A DNA stretch of 64,000 nt from Podospora anserina. Lineage: Eukaryota. The position numbers and the translations under genes are program-made. The stretch spans positions 2,170,001-2,234,000 of the forward strand of contig CM030334.1 of the NCBI GenBank assembly GCA_017654855.1, in the 5' to 3' direction. Position 1 is the first letter of the stretch. Each line of letters begins with the position of its first letter. The notes under the pieces were generated by a model. The model saw only the letters and a program-made list of their open reading frames with translations. It made no database searches and was not told where the DNA came from. Below are positions 37,581 to 49,273 of the stretch, one piece after another.

Positions 37581-38013
37581 AGAAAAAGCGAAAAGAAGGA
37601 AATACTCTAGATAAAAATGACTAGGCCAATAAACACACCGAGAACTTCCAGTTGCTGAGAATGCTCTTTTTTAACAACTTTGGTTTCGTTAAGGAGAGCG
37701 AACCCCCTGTCATGCCTTGATTCCCACCACGGCTTTATGGGAGCTTTCGCTCTAGCAAAAGTAATGTAGATCCGTCCTCCAGAAAGATACTTCTTCCATC
37801 AACCGGACATAGCCAAACTGCTCCGCCTGTCACGAACAAAACACCACCTCAACAACCCCCATCACTTTATCTAGGCATGCACACTTGAAATCACATTCCC
37901 GGATCCAACCAGCACCACTTCGTATTCCTCCATCTTTCAACCGGATAAAAGATAACTCAGACTATAATACAACCCGACCCAAAATCCATCCCTCATTTTC
38001 CTTTCCCACCCCC

Positions 38014-41000
38014 TCAAATAGCAATAAAAAAACTCTTCTCCCCCTCCCTCGCCTCCACCCTGGCCCTCTCAACAATAGGATCACAACAAGCCAACCTAAT
38101 CCTCTCCACCGTCGCCGGGCTCTCCAACCTCAGCAGCCCATCCCCCTTCTCATCCACCCCCACCCCCGCCTCCACACCATACTGCCTCCTCGCCGCCTTC
38201 AGCGCATCCCTGATAGCAAAGAAGACCGCACTCCCCATAAAAAGCGGCGGCTCACCCACCCCCCTGCTCCTCTGAATCGTCCTCAACTCCTTCCACTCCA
38301 CATCTTTGAGCAAGCTCACATTAAAAACTTGCGGTATATCCCTGAAGCCAGGAATTTTGTAGTTCCCCGGACCGCGAGTAGCAAGGCTCCCCTTCATCGG
38401 TCCGTTCCTCAACCAAAGCGACTCTTCCATCGTAAAGAGCCCCAGACCCTGGATGAACGCCCCCTGGATCTGACCATAGTCAATAGCCGGGTTGATCGAC
38501 TGCCCAACGTCCATTTTGATGTCCGCTCTCAGACAGGTCCAGGAGCCAGTCAAAGTGTCGATTTCGACTTCGGCGGCCGTGACGCCTTGGGTAAAGTAGA
38601 AAAACATCTTGCCCTTGTTCTCGCCCCAGACGTAGCCGATCTCGGGGGTCTTGTAGAAGCCCTGGGCCGAGAGGTTGACTCTGTCAAAGTAGGCGGCGTG
38701 GGCGAGTTCCTTCATTGTTGCCTTGGGCCCGAGCTTTTCACGGTAGGGCTGGAGGCGGGTGTTGAGTTGTTGGCAGGCGTTGTAGATGGCGTAGCCGTTC
38801 AGGTCGGATGATGCCGATGCGGCAGTGGCAGACGCGTTGGCGACGGTGTTGGTGGCCGTCTCGGAGATGTAGACCGAGTCGAACGGAACGTTGAGTGCCT
38901 GGGCGGCAATCTGCGTCATCTTGGTGTGGAGACCTTGACCCATCTCCGTGCCACCGTGGGCGACGAGGACGGAGCCATCGTGGTAAATGTGGACAAGAGC
39001 GCCGGCCTGGTTGAACCAAAGAGCTGTGAAGGAGATACCGAACTTTGTTGGGATGAGAGCCAGCCCGCGCTTGCGCCACTTGTGTGTGTCGTTGAATTTG
39101 GTGATTGCTTCCCGGCGAGCGGCATAGTCGCACTCTTCTTGAAGCTGCTTGTACATCAGAGGAACGTGCCAGTCAGTCAATGGTTGGTTAAAGTGAGTCT
39201 CCTCCAACGGCTTGTACATGTTGATCTCGCGGAACCGTTCAGCAGGCATGCCGAGACGGTCAGCGACTTCAGACATGTACTGTTCGGCGATGAACATGCC
39301 TTGGGGACCACCAAACCCGCGGAAAGCCGTGTTGGAGACGGTGTTGGTCTTGCAGATGCGGCCGCGGACGTGGATGTTGGGGATGAGGTAGCAGCCGTCG
39401 GAGTGCGTCATGGCGCGCTCACAGACAGCAGCGCTGAGATCCCAAGACCAACCACCATTGTTGAAGATGTCGAGATCGAGGGCTTGGATCTTGCCATCTT
39501 TGTTGACGCCTACCTTCCACCGGCCGAGGAAGGGATGGCGCTGGCCCGAGGTGAGCATGTCCTCCTCGCGGGTGAGCATGGCACGAACTGGCCTGCGGGT
39601 CTTTTTAGCAGCGAGAGCGCAGTAGGAGCTCAGGGGAACGGATCTGGACTCCTTTCCGCCAAAGCCACCGCCCATGCGCTTGACTTTGACGACGACCTTG
39701 TTGGACTGGACACCAAGAACTTGGGAGGCGTAAACCTGGGCTTCGTTGGGGTTCTGGGTGCTGGACCAAATCTCCATCTCACCATCTTCAGGCTTGGGAA
39801 CAGCAATCGCGGCGTTGGTTTCGAGATAGAAATGCTCTTGGCCGCCCATCCTGGCAACACCGGTGAAGGTGTAGTCACACTTCTCGAATGCGCCTTCCGG
39901 ATCTCCCTTTTTGATCTCTCTGAAGAAATTGTAGAAGCTCTCCTTTTCGATGGCCTCCTCCATGGTGAAGATGGCAGGTAGTTCCTCGTACTCGACCCTG
40001 ACAGCGCGAGCACCCTGGGCAGCGCGAGCAGCAGATGTGGCGAGCACCATACCAATGACCTGGCCAGCAGTGTGCACCTCATCCTCGGCAAAAAAGACCT
40101 CCTCAAAGTGCGGCGCACCCCAATGGTTGGCTGCCGAGCTGGGCATGTCGTTCTTGTCGATGTAATCCACCACGCCTGGAACATCGAGCGCGGGCGAAAA
40201 GTCAACCGACAACAGCTTGGCGTGGGCTTTGGTCGAGAGGACCATGCAGCCATACAGCTCATTTCTCGCTGGTGGGATGTCGTCTGTGTATTGAGCTTCA
40301 CCAGTTGCCTGCTTCAGCGCAGCAACATGGTTGTTCGACTTGCCGACAATCTCCTGCTCATATGCCGCCGCAGCCGCCTCGTCCTCTTTGCCAGTTGAGA
40401 TCTCTCTTTCAATCTCCTCTACTGCCTCCTCATCCCTTTCGCCCTCAGCAAACTCCTTCATCGCATCATGATAGAACCTGTAAAAGAAGCCCAACGCCAA
40501 TGACTTCCTGTAACTCGCCATACCACCGGGAACCCCAAAGCTCAGATCAAAGTCCTGGCTCAACGCAGTCATCGTGCCCTCCAACGTCTCCAACTCGGCA
40601 AACTTCTTGCCCTTCAAAAACTCGCCGGCCCTCTTCGCTGCCACCGTCATAGGCGCCATACCGCCGTACACCAACCTCGCCTCCTCCACAACCCCATCCT
40701 CATCCACCCTCACCCTCAACGCACCCGTCACGATAGCAATGTCATCATCCTTCCTCTTCGCCTGCTTGTACGCCCTGAAAAGCTCGCCTTTTTCCCTCGT
40801 CACCGGGATCTTGATGCTGACCAGCACGGCATCGTCCGGCAAGCTTGTCTTTCTGTACCCCTGGAAAAACTCTTTCATCGGAAGTTCCGTCGTCTCGCCC
40901 AGCGATTTCGCCACCAAAACAGCATCAGCCGCCATCAAAACAGGATTCAAATCCGAGATCGGACTCGCCGTCACCAGATTCCCCGCCGGCGTGCCAACAT

Positions 41001-42218
41001 TCCTGATCTGCCTCCCAGCAAAGAACTTGAGCTGCTTGTGCACCGCCTCGAAGACCTGCCCTCTCTTCTCCCCGTACTTCTCCCGTGCTTCCAGCGCGAG
41101 ATGCTCCAGGTCAGTAAGCGTAATGTTGGCCCCCACCTCCAGCGAGTCCTCCTTAAACTCGTACTGTCTTAGCTCTGGGATATCAGCGACGTAAACACTG
41201 ACTGGATACTGCACCGCCTTGAACTTGATCTCAATCTGCGTCTCCGTGCTGCCGCCGATAATCTTCGCCTGCGGAAACACAGACTTGATCTCCAACAGCT
41301 GCTCCAACGTCACCGGCCTGAACCACTTCTTGCGCTTGTTTCCAAACGCGAGTGGTTTAAGCTCGTGTTTCTTGAGCTGAGGGGGAAAGATCAGTTCCGT
41401 GTCGGGGTTGTACTCGATCAACCCTGGCGGTGTGAACCTCTTGGTTACCTCTCCACCATCCACCTCTCTCCCACACCCACCCCCACTGCCATTTTCCATA
41501 CAGCAGCCCCCTTCCCTGCCACAGCCCCCATTTGCCGCTGCTTTTACCTTCCTCCCTGTCGTGGCAAAAGTCTGTGCTGCGTTCAGGATAGACCGGTACC
41601 CCGTGCATCTGCACAGGTTCCCATCAAATCCCTCCTCAATCTCCTCTTCCGTGAGCTCTTCTTTGCTGTCGGCCTTGTTCCTTAGCATCGAGTATAAGCT
41701 CATGACGATCCCCGGGGTGCAGAAGCCGCATTGGGAGCCATTGCCCTTTGCTATCCTTTCTTGGGCTGGGTGTGGGCGGGAGACGTTGCCGATGCCTTCG
41801 ACGGTGATGACATGTTTGCCGTCGATGGCGACGAGGGGGGCGAGACAGGCGTTGATGGAGGCGTGGTAGATTTTCTTGGTGGTTGGGTTGAAGCCCGAGA
41901 GGACGAGGGTGCAGGCGCCGCAGCCGCCTTCGGAGCAGCCGCTGGGGGGATGTTAGTGATATGCCGGGGATACAAAAGGAGAAAGAAGAAGAAGAAGAAG
42001 GAGAAGGAGGAGGAGGAGGAGGAGGAGAAGGGGACATACAGCTTGGTGCCAGTTAGGCCGATGCCTCGCAGGTATTCAAGAAGGGTGGCCTCTGGGTCGA
42101 CATCGTCAAGGACAACACGGGTGCCGTTCAGGTAAAATGTAATGGTATCAGAATACTTTGTCGACAGAGAGGCTGTAGGAGCTGTGGTGGGGGTGGTGGC
42201 TATGGCGGAGGGTGCCAT
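38014..42218 (-). CDS. hxA: Xanthine dehydrogenase (molybdo-flavoenzyme)
   Basis: Exons 42218-42040 and 41941-38014. 2Fe-2S motifs GTKLGCSEGGCGAC, QCGFCTPG and GNLCRCTGY; FAD domain QIRNVGT; Moco domain GGGFGGKE, TAFRGFGGPQG, EMGQGLHTK and SRGVGEPP. Confidence 0.98.
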
Positions 42219-42865
42219 GTTGAAATCGGGGGAACCAGCGGTGTTCGTCCCAAGTGTCTAGTCTTTCTTGGTTGCTTTCCCTAGATGTCAAAAACAGGGA
42301 GAGCTAGAGTAGTAAGGAACCAAGAATTAAAAACCAAAAACCAAAAAGAACAAAGAACCGGTCGGTCGGTCGGTCGGTCGGGGAGATGGGTGCTACTACT
42401 GGTATTTATTAATGCTACAAAGAGATATCACCGCATCCAATCCCCTTTCTGTCAACCAAATGGCCATGGGATGGCAGTTGCATGCAGTGGACGTCACCAG
42501 CACCGGGCGCGTGGCAAGCTTCCCTCCTCCACCAAGGCTCTTATCGGTTGAACGCGGGGGTGCCTCTCGGAGCTCCCCCGCTGCCCACAGGGCTGCTTAT
42601 CCACTTATCGCCGGTGCCCGATCCCACCTCCCCGCATTCAAGAAACCTGGAAGCAGGCAGACTGCAGACCTTTGCTTCTGTACTACCAGATACAAGAGAC
42701 AAACAGCCTATGAGCTGCCAGCCGTTGGTAACAAACACTTCCACCAAGAGCCACCTAACTTGGAAGCCAACCGTTCGGTCAACTTCCCGGCAGCCGTTCG
42801 TCTTGGAGGTTTGCCTATCGGCCGGGTGGGGTTCAGACAGCTAGGGGACGTCCCCACTCTTGACG

Positions 42866-42879
42866 TCGGCCGCCTCCGA
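42866..42879. promoter_or_regulatory. UaY/PCO1-type purine-induction site TCGG-N6-CCGA
   Basis: TCGGCCGCCTCCGA is an exact match to the canonical site, ~650 bp upstream of the XDH ATG. CTTATC GATA cores lie at 42540, 42596, 42604, 43204 and 43515. Confidence 0.75.
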
Positions 42880-43590
42880 CTGCGTGGCTGTCGGCGCGTT
42901 CCATACCCTAACCCTGTGTCTTCACCTCTGTTTCACCTTCCATCCTCAAGGCCTCACTCAAGCACCCACTCATGTTACACTTTCAAAGACTCATGGGACA
43001 AACCCAAGTATTTCTTTCTCAAGCACTCCCACCATCCGATCCAACGTCAAGGTTGTTTTCCGTCCTCGCAACGTCCACACTAACTACGCCTCAGATCTCA
43101 ATGTTGGTGTCTCGTATCACGATCAGGTCCCGCCAGTAAAAGACCTCTCGATGATTTTACAAGGCCTACGATGCATATCCAAGGCCACTTCATTATCGAG
43201 GGGCTTATCGACTCGGTATCTTGAAAGGCCTGTTGACCTTTTGTTAAAGTCCCTTATATCCAGTAGCAAATATACAAGTGGGCAGCCACCCCATCTGCCG
43301 TCCCCGGAAACAACGATAGCAAGCGCTAGACTGACGGAACCCCTCCTTTCTCCGCATCCAACCTCTAACAACCACCAGTCGGGACTTGGCGATGGAGCCC
43401 TACACGAACGTCAGAAAAAATGCCGTTGGCTTATGATCCGGTGGGGAAACGTGTGCCGGCCGGGTATTTTGCTTCATGCGGGATTCAGCCAGGTGGTAGT
43501 CTTATATATCACTCCTTATCGCCCACATTTTTCGCTTTCTTGTCTGTGACGATTTCACATACCTAGGTAAATAAACAGAAGGAACAAAAT

Positions 43591-45087
43591 ATGCAGCTCC
43601 AGTTCTACAACATCATCAACGATGAGCTCCGCGGAAGCGAAGACACTCACACCGTGACCGATCCCCGAACAGAAGAGGAGCTCTGGCCCTGCCCAATCGC
43701 AACCGCCTCGGACTTTGAAGATGCCGTCGCGGCCGCCTCCAAGGCATTCCTCACCTGGTCACAAACCAGCCTCGCCGAGCGTCAAGCCTTGCTCGTGAAG
43801 CTGGCCGACAACATCAAGGAGCACGGAGACGAGCTCGCAGCTGTTCTCGCCAGAGAGACCGGCAAATCCGTATGTGCTCATCATCCCGCTCACCTTGTCA
43901 AGTTTGAGCAGCAGCAGCAACAGCTTACCAAGACTTACCAGACCATCCTCGCCAACATCGACGTCCAAGCCGCCGTCGCCCAATCCCTCTACTACTCCCA
44001 AAACGGCCTCTCGGACGAGATCCAGCACGAGGACGACCACTCCAGAGTCATCGCCACCCACATCCCCATCGGCACCGTCGGCGCCATCTGCCCCTGGAAC
44101 TTCCCCCTCATCCTCTCCAACATCAAGATTGTCTCCTCCCTCGTGACGGGGAACTGCGTCATCGTCAAACCCTCCCCCTTCACCCCTTACGCCGTCCTCA
44201 AGCACATCGAACTAGCCAGGGGGATCTTCCCCCCGGGCGTGCTGCAGGTGCTGAACGGGGGAGCGGAGCTGGGGGCGGCGATGTGCTCCCACCCGGGGAT
44301 CCACAAGATATCCTTCACAGGACAGACGTCAACCGGGAAAAAAGTCATGGCTGCTTGCGCAAAGACTTTGAAAAAGGTCACGCTTGAGCTGGCGGGAAAC
44401 GATGCTTGTATTGTGCTTCCTGATGCAGATCTTGACAAGGCGGTGCCGAGCATCGCTTCTGGGGGTTTCTTCAACGCAGGTCAGGTTTGTGTCGCGAGTA
44501 AGAGGATCTACGTCCACGAGGGCATTTATGACGAGTTCCTGGAGAGGTTGGTGAGGGAGGTGGAGGAAAAGTATCAGGTCCAGGAGGATGGGACGGTGCC
44601 GAGCGTGTTTGGGCCGGTGGACAATAAGTTGCAGTTTGAGATTGTCAAGGGGATTATTGAGGACTGCAAGAGGAGGGGGTTTGACATCAGGACGGGGGGG
44701 AAGACGGTTGATGTGGCCGAGAGTGGGAAGGGGTTTTGGTTGGAGCCTACGATTGTCAGTCGGCCGGAGGAGGGGAGCTTGCTGGTGCAGGAGGAGCAGT
44801 TCGGGCCGGTGTTGCCGATTTTGGGGTGGAGTGATGAGGATGATGTGGTGAGGAGGGCGAATTTGGCGAATGCTGGGTTGGGCGCGTCGGTTTATTCGAG
44901 GGACTTGAAGGAGGCGGAGAGGGTTGCCAGGAGGTTGGAGGCGGGGAGTGTTTGGATCAATCAGAGTGAGAGGCCGAACTTTGCGGCTTATTTCAGCGGG
45001 ATCAAGGATTCTGGCTTTGGGGGGGAGATGGGGAGACAGGGCTTGCTGAGTTATGCTTACACCAAGTGTTTGCATTTTACAAAGTGA
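43591..45087 (+). CDS. NAD(P)-dependent aldehyde dehydrogenase
   Basis: Motifs PWNFP, VKPSPFTP, FTGQT..G, TLELAGND, GQVCVA, EEQFGPV and GFGGE. Intron 43870-43941 (72 nt, in frame, no stop). Confidence 0.95.
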   Translation: MQLQFYNIINDELRGSEDTHTVTDPRTEEELWPCPIATASDFEDAVAAASKAFLTWSQTSLAERQALLVKLADNIKEHGDELAAVLARETGKSVCAHHPAHLVKFEQQQQQLTKTYQTILANIDVQAAVAQSLYYSQNGLSDEIQHEDDHSRVIATHIPIGTVGAICPWNFPLILSNIKIVSSLVTGNCVIVKPSPFTPYAVLKHIELARGIFPPGVLQVLNGGAELGAAMCSHPGIHKISFTGQTSTGKKVMAACAKTLKKVTLELAGNDACIVLPDADLDKAVPSIASGGFFNAGQVCVASKRIYVHEGIYDEFLERLVREVEEKYQVQEDGTVPSVFGPVDNKLQFEIVKGIIEDCKRRGFDIRTGGKTVDVAESGKGFWLEPTIVSRPEEGSLLVQEEQFGPVLPILGWSDEDDVVRRANLANAGLGASVYSRDLKEAERVARRLEAGSVWINQSERPNFAAYFSGIKDSGFGGEMGRQGLLSYAYTKCLHFTK

Positions 45088-45646
45088 GGGAGGAGGATGT
45101 GATGGGTTACCCATGTGGGTGTAGCTACTTTATCATGAGCAATCATGAACAGGGGAGGTCAACCCGAGGCCGCACCAGCCCCTCTTCCCCAGATTTTGAG
45201 CCTTGGCAATGAGGAGCTTCCCCACAAACGGAGGCGGGCAGCGTGCCAAGAACCCGCTCAAGTGTGCTGACTCTCGTCTCCGAAATCCGTTCAACACCTC
45301 GAGTCCAACAATGCCGGTCTCTGGAAAGACAAACTTCAATCTTTGATATTGGCCTTGATAGCGAGTTCCTCACAGAGGGGGAGGTACGGTAGACCGAGCT
45401 TCCTCAAAATCAGAACTCGTCGCAGCAAATGGTCGAATCTCGCCAAGACCAGGCATCACATGGCAGCAGCCTTCTCTCGATGGGCATCGTCACCTCACCA
45501 AAAGGGTCACCAATTCGTCTCTTGAAGTAAACCCTTACAGATCTACAATGAAGCGCTCATCTCCACGATCTCTCGAATCAGAGATAACCGAGACGCGAAC
45601 CCTCTCGAGTGCTCAGCTGTGGCAACATGCTGGCTAGCTTCCGATG

Positions 45647-45652
45647 CCTCGG
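45647..45652 (+). promoter_or_regulatory. CCTCGG element (FarA/CTF1-type) upstream of the thiolase
   Basis: Exact hexamer ~225 bp upstream of the ATG, with an inverted copy CCGAGG at 45164. Confidence 0.45.
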
Positions 45653-45875
45653 CACAGCACCCCAATCCCCGCATTTCAAATGCTGGGGAAGCAAACGTGG
45701 GGAAGCCGTTTGCCTCCCTTTCATTGGGACCTGCGTTCTTGGACCGGGGTGTAGGTATCATTGAGCACCTTCAGATATAAAACCGTCTTTCGCTTCACTC
45801 TTTCTTTCTTGATACCGCTTATTTTGATCATTCAACCTTGGCAACAAACATCCCCCCTCACACACAACAATCACA

Positions 45876-47320
45876 ATGGCACCCAAATCCAAAGCCCCCG
45901 TCTACGTCCTCGGCGTAGGCATGACCAAGTTCATCAAGCCCCGCGGCAAGGTAGACTACACCGAGCTCGGCTACGAAGCCGGCATCAAAGCCCTCCTCGA
46001 CGCCGGCATCACCTACGACGACGTCGACAATGGCGTCGCTTGCTTTTGCTACGGCGATTCCACCTCTGGCCAGCGTGTCTTTTACCAGTTTGGCATGACG
46101 CAGATTCCCATCGTCAACGTCAACAACAACTGCTCTACTGGGTCTACTGGTCTCTACATGGGCCGGACCCTCATTGCGTCTGGAGCGTCTGATTGCGCCT
46201 TGGTGGTGGGCTGGGAGAAGATGATGCCCGGAAGCTTGGGCTCTCACTGGAACGACAGGGAGAACCCCATCGGCACGACGTATGTGATGATGGCGCAGAC
46301 CAGGGGGTTGAGCAAGGCCCCGGGGGCGCCGCAGATCTTCGGGAATGCTGGGAGGGAGTACATGGAGAAGTGAGCTTCCTCTTGGTCGCATCTTTGTGAC
46401 ATGCATCACTGACGCACGACTTCAGGTATGGCGCCAGAAAAGAGGACTTTGCCGAGATCGCCCGCATCAACCACGCCCACTCCGTCAACAACCCCTACTC
46501 TCAGTTCCAGGACGTCTACACCCTCGAACAAATCATGCAGTCCCCCGCCGTCCACGAGCCCCTCACCAAGCTCCAGTGCTGCCCTACCTCTGACGGTGGT
46601 GCCGCCGCCGTCCTGGTCTCCCAATCCTTCCTCGACGCCCACCCCCACCTCAAAGACCGCGCCATTCTCATCGCCGGTCAGGCTCTCACCACCGACGCGC
46701 CATCGCTCTTCTCCAAGTCCTCCATTGATCTTGTGGGCCGGGAGATGACCCAGCGCGCGGCTGAGATCGCCCTGGGGGAAGCAGGCATCACGGCTAGAGA
46801 CTGCCAAGTCTGCGAACTCCACGACTGCTTTTCCGCCAACGAGATGTGTCTTATTGACGCCCTTGGGTTGTCCGAGCCGGGCAAGGCGCACGAGTTTGTC
46901 AGGAGCGGGGCGATCACTTACGGGCCCAACACCAAGGTTGTGGTGAATCCATCTGGGGGGTTGATCTCGAAGGGGCACCCGCTCGGGGCGACGGGTATCG
47001 CGCAGTGTGCCGAGCTGGTCTGGCATCTGAGGGGGTGGGCTAACAACCGGGCGGTGAAGGGGACGAAGTATGCGCTGCAGCATAATTTGGGGTTGGGGGG
47101 CGCGGCGGTGGTGACTGTTTACAAGAGGCCTGATGGGCAGGAGGCGAGCGTGTTGGGGAGTGAGGAGGTGGGGAGGGTGAGTGGGGTTGGGTATAACCCG
47201 GCGGTGGAGGCGAGGGGGTTTACGGAGGAGCAGGCTGACAAGGTGAGGAGTAAGAGGAGGAGTGAGTTTGCGTTGACGAAGACGCTGCAGTTGATGAAGC
47301 AGGCTCAGGCGAAGGTTTAG
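45876..47320 (+). CDS. SCPx-type (sterol carrier protein 2 / nonspecific lipid-transfer) thiolase lacking the SCP2 domain
   Basis: Exons 45876-46369 and 46426-47320. Motifs GVGMTKF, NVNNNCSTGSTG, QCCPTSDG, ELHDCF, NPSGGLISKGHPLGATG and HNLGLGG. C-terminal AKV is PTS1-like. Confidence 0.95.
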
Positions 47321-47669
47321 GGGGGCTGCAGGATGGGTTGTATATATGGTATGGTATGGTATGGTATGTGTGGACATGATTGCGTTTGCTTTTGAGACAA
47401 TATTGAACTTTTGTTGAAAATCCGGCCGTGGTTCAGTTCGTCCCATCGAACATGAGGCAATTTTTATTTGTACACGGCCATCCAGCCCCTCGTGTTCTCT
47501 CGGCTTTCCACCAACGCCTCGCTGCCTCCTGATGTTTGTTCTTCGTGATCGCCTGCCCAATCTCCCAACGGCATCCATGTCCCATGTATAATCAAGCCTG
47601 TCTAAAGAAAGAGTTTCACCCACGCCTGCTCAACCCTGCGGGATAAGAAGCATTCATACCCATCACAGA

Positions 47670-48051
47670 TTACCTCGCCGGCCCTCCCCTGATCATAACC
47701 TCCCAATCGGCCATCTCCTCGCTTTCCTCTGCCCGATCCTCAAAAGCAACACTCCCCCTCTTGACCCTCGCCTTTGGGGGTGGAACGATAACCACCGAGT
47801 TTCTGGCTCCCCTTCTTGAGCCCTCACCGCGCGTTGCCCCCCCACCACTACCGGACGATGATGATGCTTCCCCAGCAGCACGATCCGGCACGTAATCAAC
47901 GTTGACCTCCTCCACGACCTCCACACTCACAGTCTTGATGATCCCCCTCGGCCACCAGTTCCCCGACTCGAGGTCGATCTCCTCGCCCTCAAAGTAAGTC
48001 CCTTCATCATCGCTACTGCTATGCCTGTCATCGTCGTACTTGTCGTGGTTG

Positions 48052-48085
<34 letters not shown>

Positions 48086-49273
48086 GGAAGAAACTCCCCA
48101 GGCTGCTCACGCTGGCGGAGTGCCCCTGTCTTTTGTGTCCGTTTGACACTTCGGCTGCTGTGCTGTTGCTGTGGAGTGATTTGTGGGAGCTGGCGCGGGA
48201 GGAGGCACGGGTGATGGTTCGAGTGATGCTCCCCGCTCTGCTTGACGAGGACTTGCCTGTCTTTCTGCTCCTTGATGTGCCCGCGGAGGAGGTGCTCTGG
48301 AATGGAGTCCTCCGCCTGGACCCCTTCCGGCGTGAGGCAAACAGCGTGCCAAAGGTTAATATATTCGCCGCGACCAGACCCAGATTTTGCTCCAGGGTCG
48401 CCATGAGGCTGGCGTAGGAGTGATCGGGGGTGTAAACTCCCAGCCCGCTTGTTTGTGCCGTCCTTGCCGTCCCGACAATGGCGAAGATTCCCGACCTGAG
48501 TAGGGTCATCACATGTTAGCAACCCTCCTCCTCTTCTCACAAACTCGAAAGATGAAAACCCACGCAGAACAAACCCCAAACGCCCCCCAATACTCCCACC
48601 CCTTGTTCCCATCCCCCAAACCCATGCCAAAAATCACAACCGAGAACCCCCCCAAGAAAAACCAAGTAAAAACCCCAAACGCCCCCTGGAAAAACCCAAA
48701 ATCCCTCTGCACACCCACGTCCCAGCAACTCCCCTCCACCTCCCCCCCCCTCCAGATCTTTTCGAGCGGTCTACACTGCAAGTTCACCGTCAACGCGAAA
48801 GCAAAATTCACCACGGCCATAACGAGCACCAACCCCCCCAACAAAAACCGCCATTGACTCCCCTTCCCGGAAAGAACCCTCATGTAGACAAGACAGATGG
48901 CTATCTTGCTGAAGGTGACACTCATGAGATACCACGGCCGGCCCAGAACGTCGTATTCAAGTGCCCGGACGGGGGAAGAGGTGGTGGACTCGACGAGGGT
49001 GAAGCTTGTCGAGATGAGGGCTACTAGCTACAACCTCTGTCAGTACATAACGGGAAGAGGTCATGGAAGGGGGCGTACCGTGGCGATGAGGCTTCCCCAG
49101 TCGTCAGCCTTGTATCTACCATTCCCAGCTCTGTGTTGTCGTGGAAGGCAAAAGAATCGCACAAATGTTGTTGAGAAGGCGGATGCTGCTGTTGCCAGCG
49201 AGAAGGAAAGGAGGACGGGGCCGAGGGAGAGGTCCGCCTCTAGCGGTGGTGGTGTTGGTTGGGAAGGGTCCAT
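47670..49273 (-). CDS. PTH11-like integral membrane protein (no CFEM domain)
   Basis: Exons 49273-49079, 49027-48564 and 48495-47670. Motifs DDW, SKIAICLVYMR, QCRPLEKIW...G.C and EQNLGLVAANI; Ser-rich cytoplasmic tail. Confidence 0.85.

Noticed and set aside
37885-41869. Plus-strand ORFs up to 351 aa opposite XDH
   Set aside because: Antisense shadows of a highly conserved gene.
42412-43549. 223- and 229-aa ORFs in the XDH-ALDH intergenic region
   Set aside because: No codon polarity or motif; the region is better explained as a divergent promoter.
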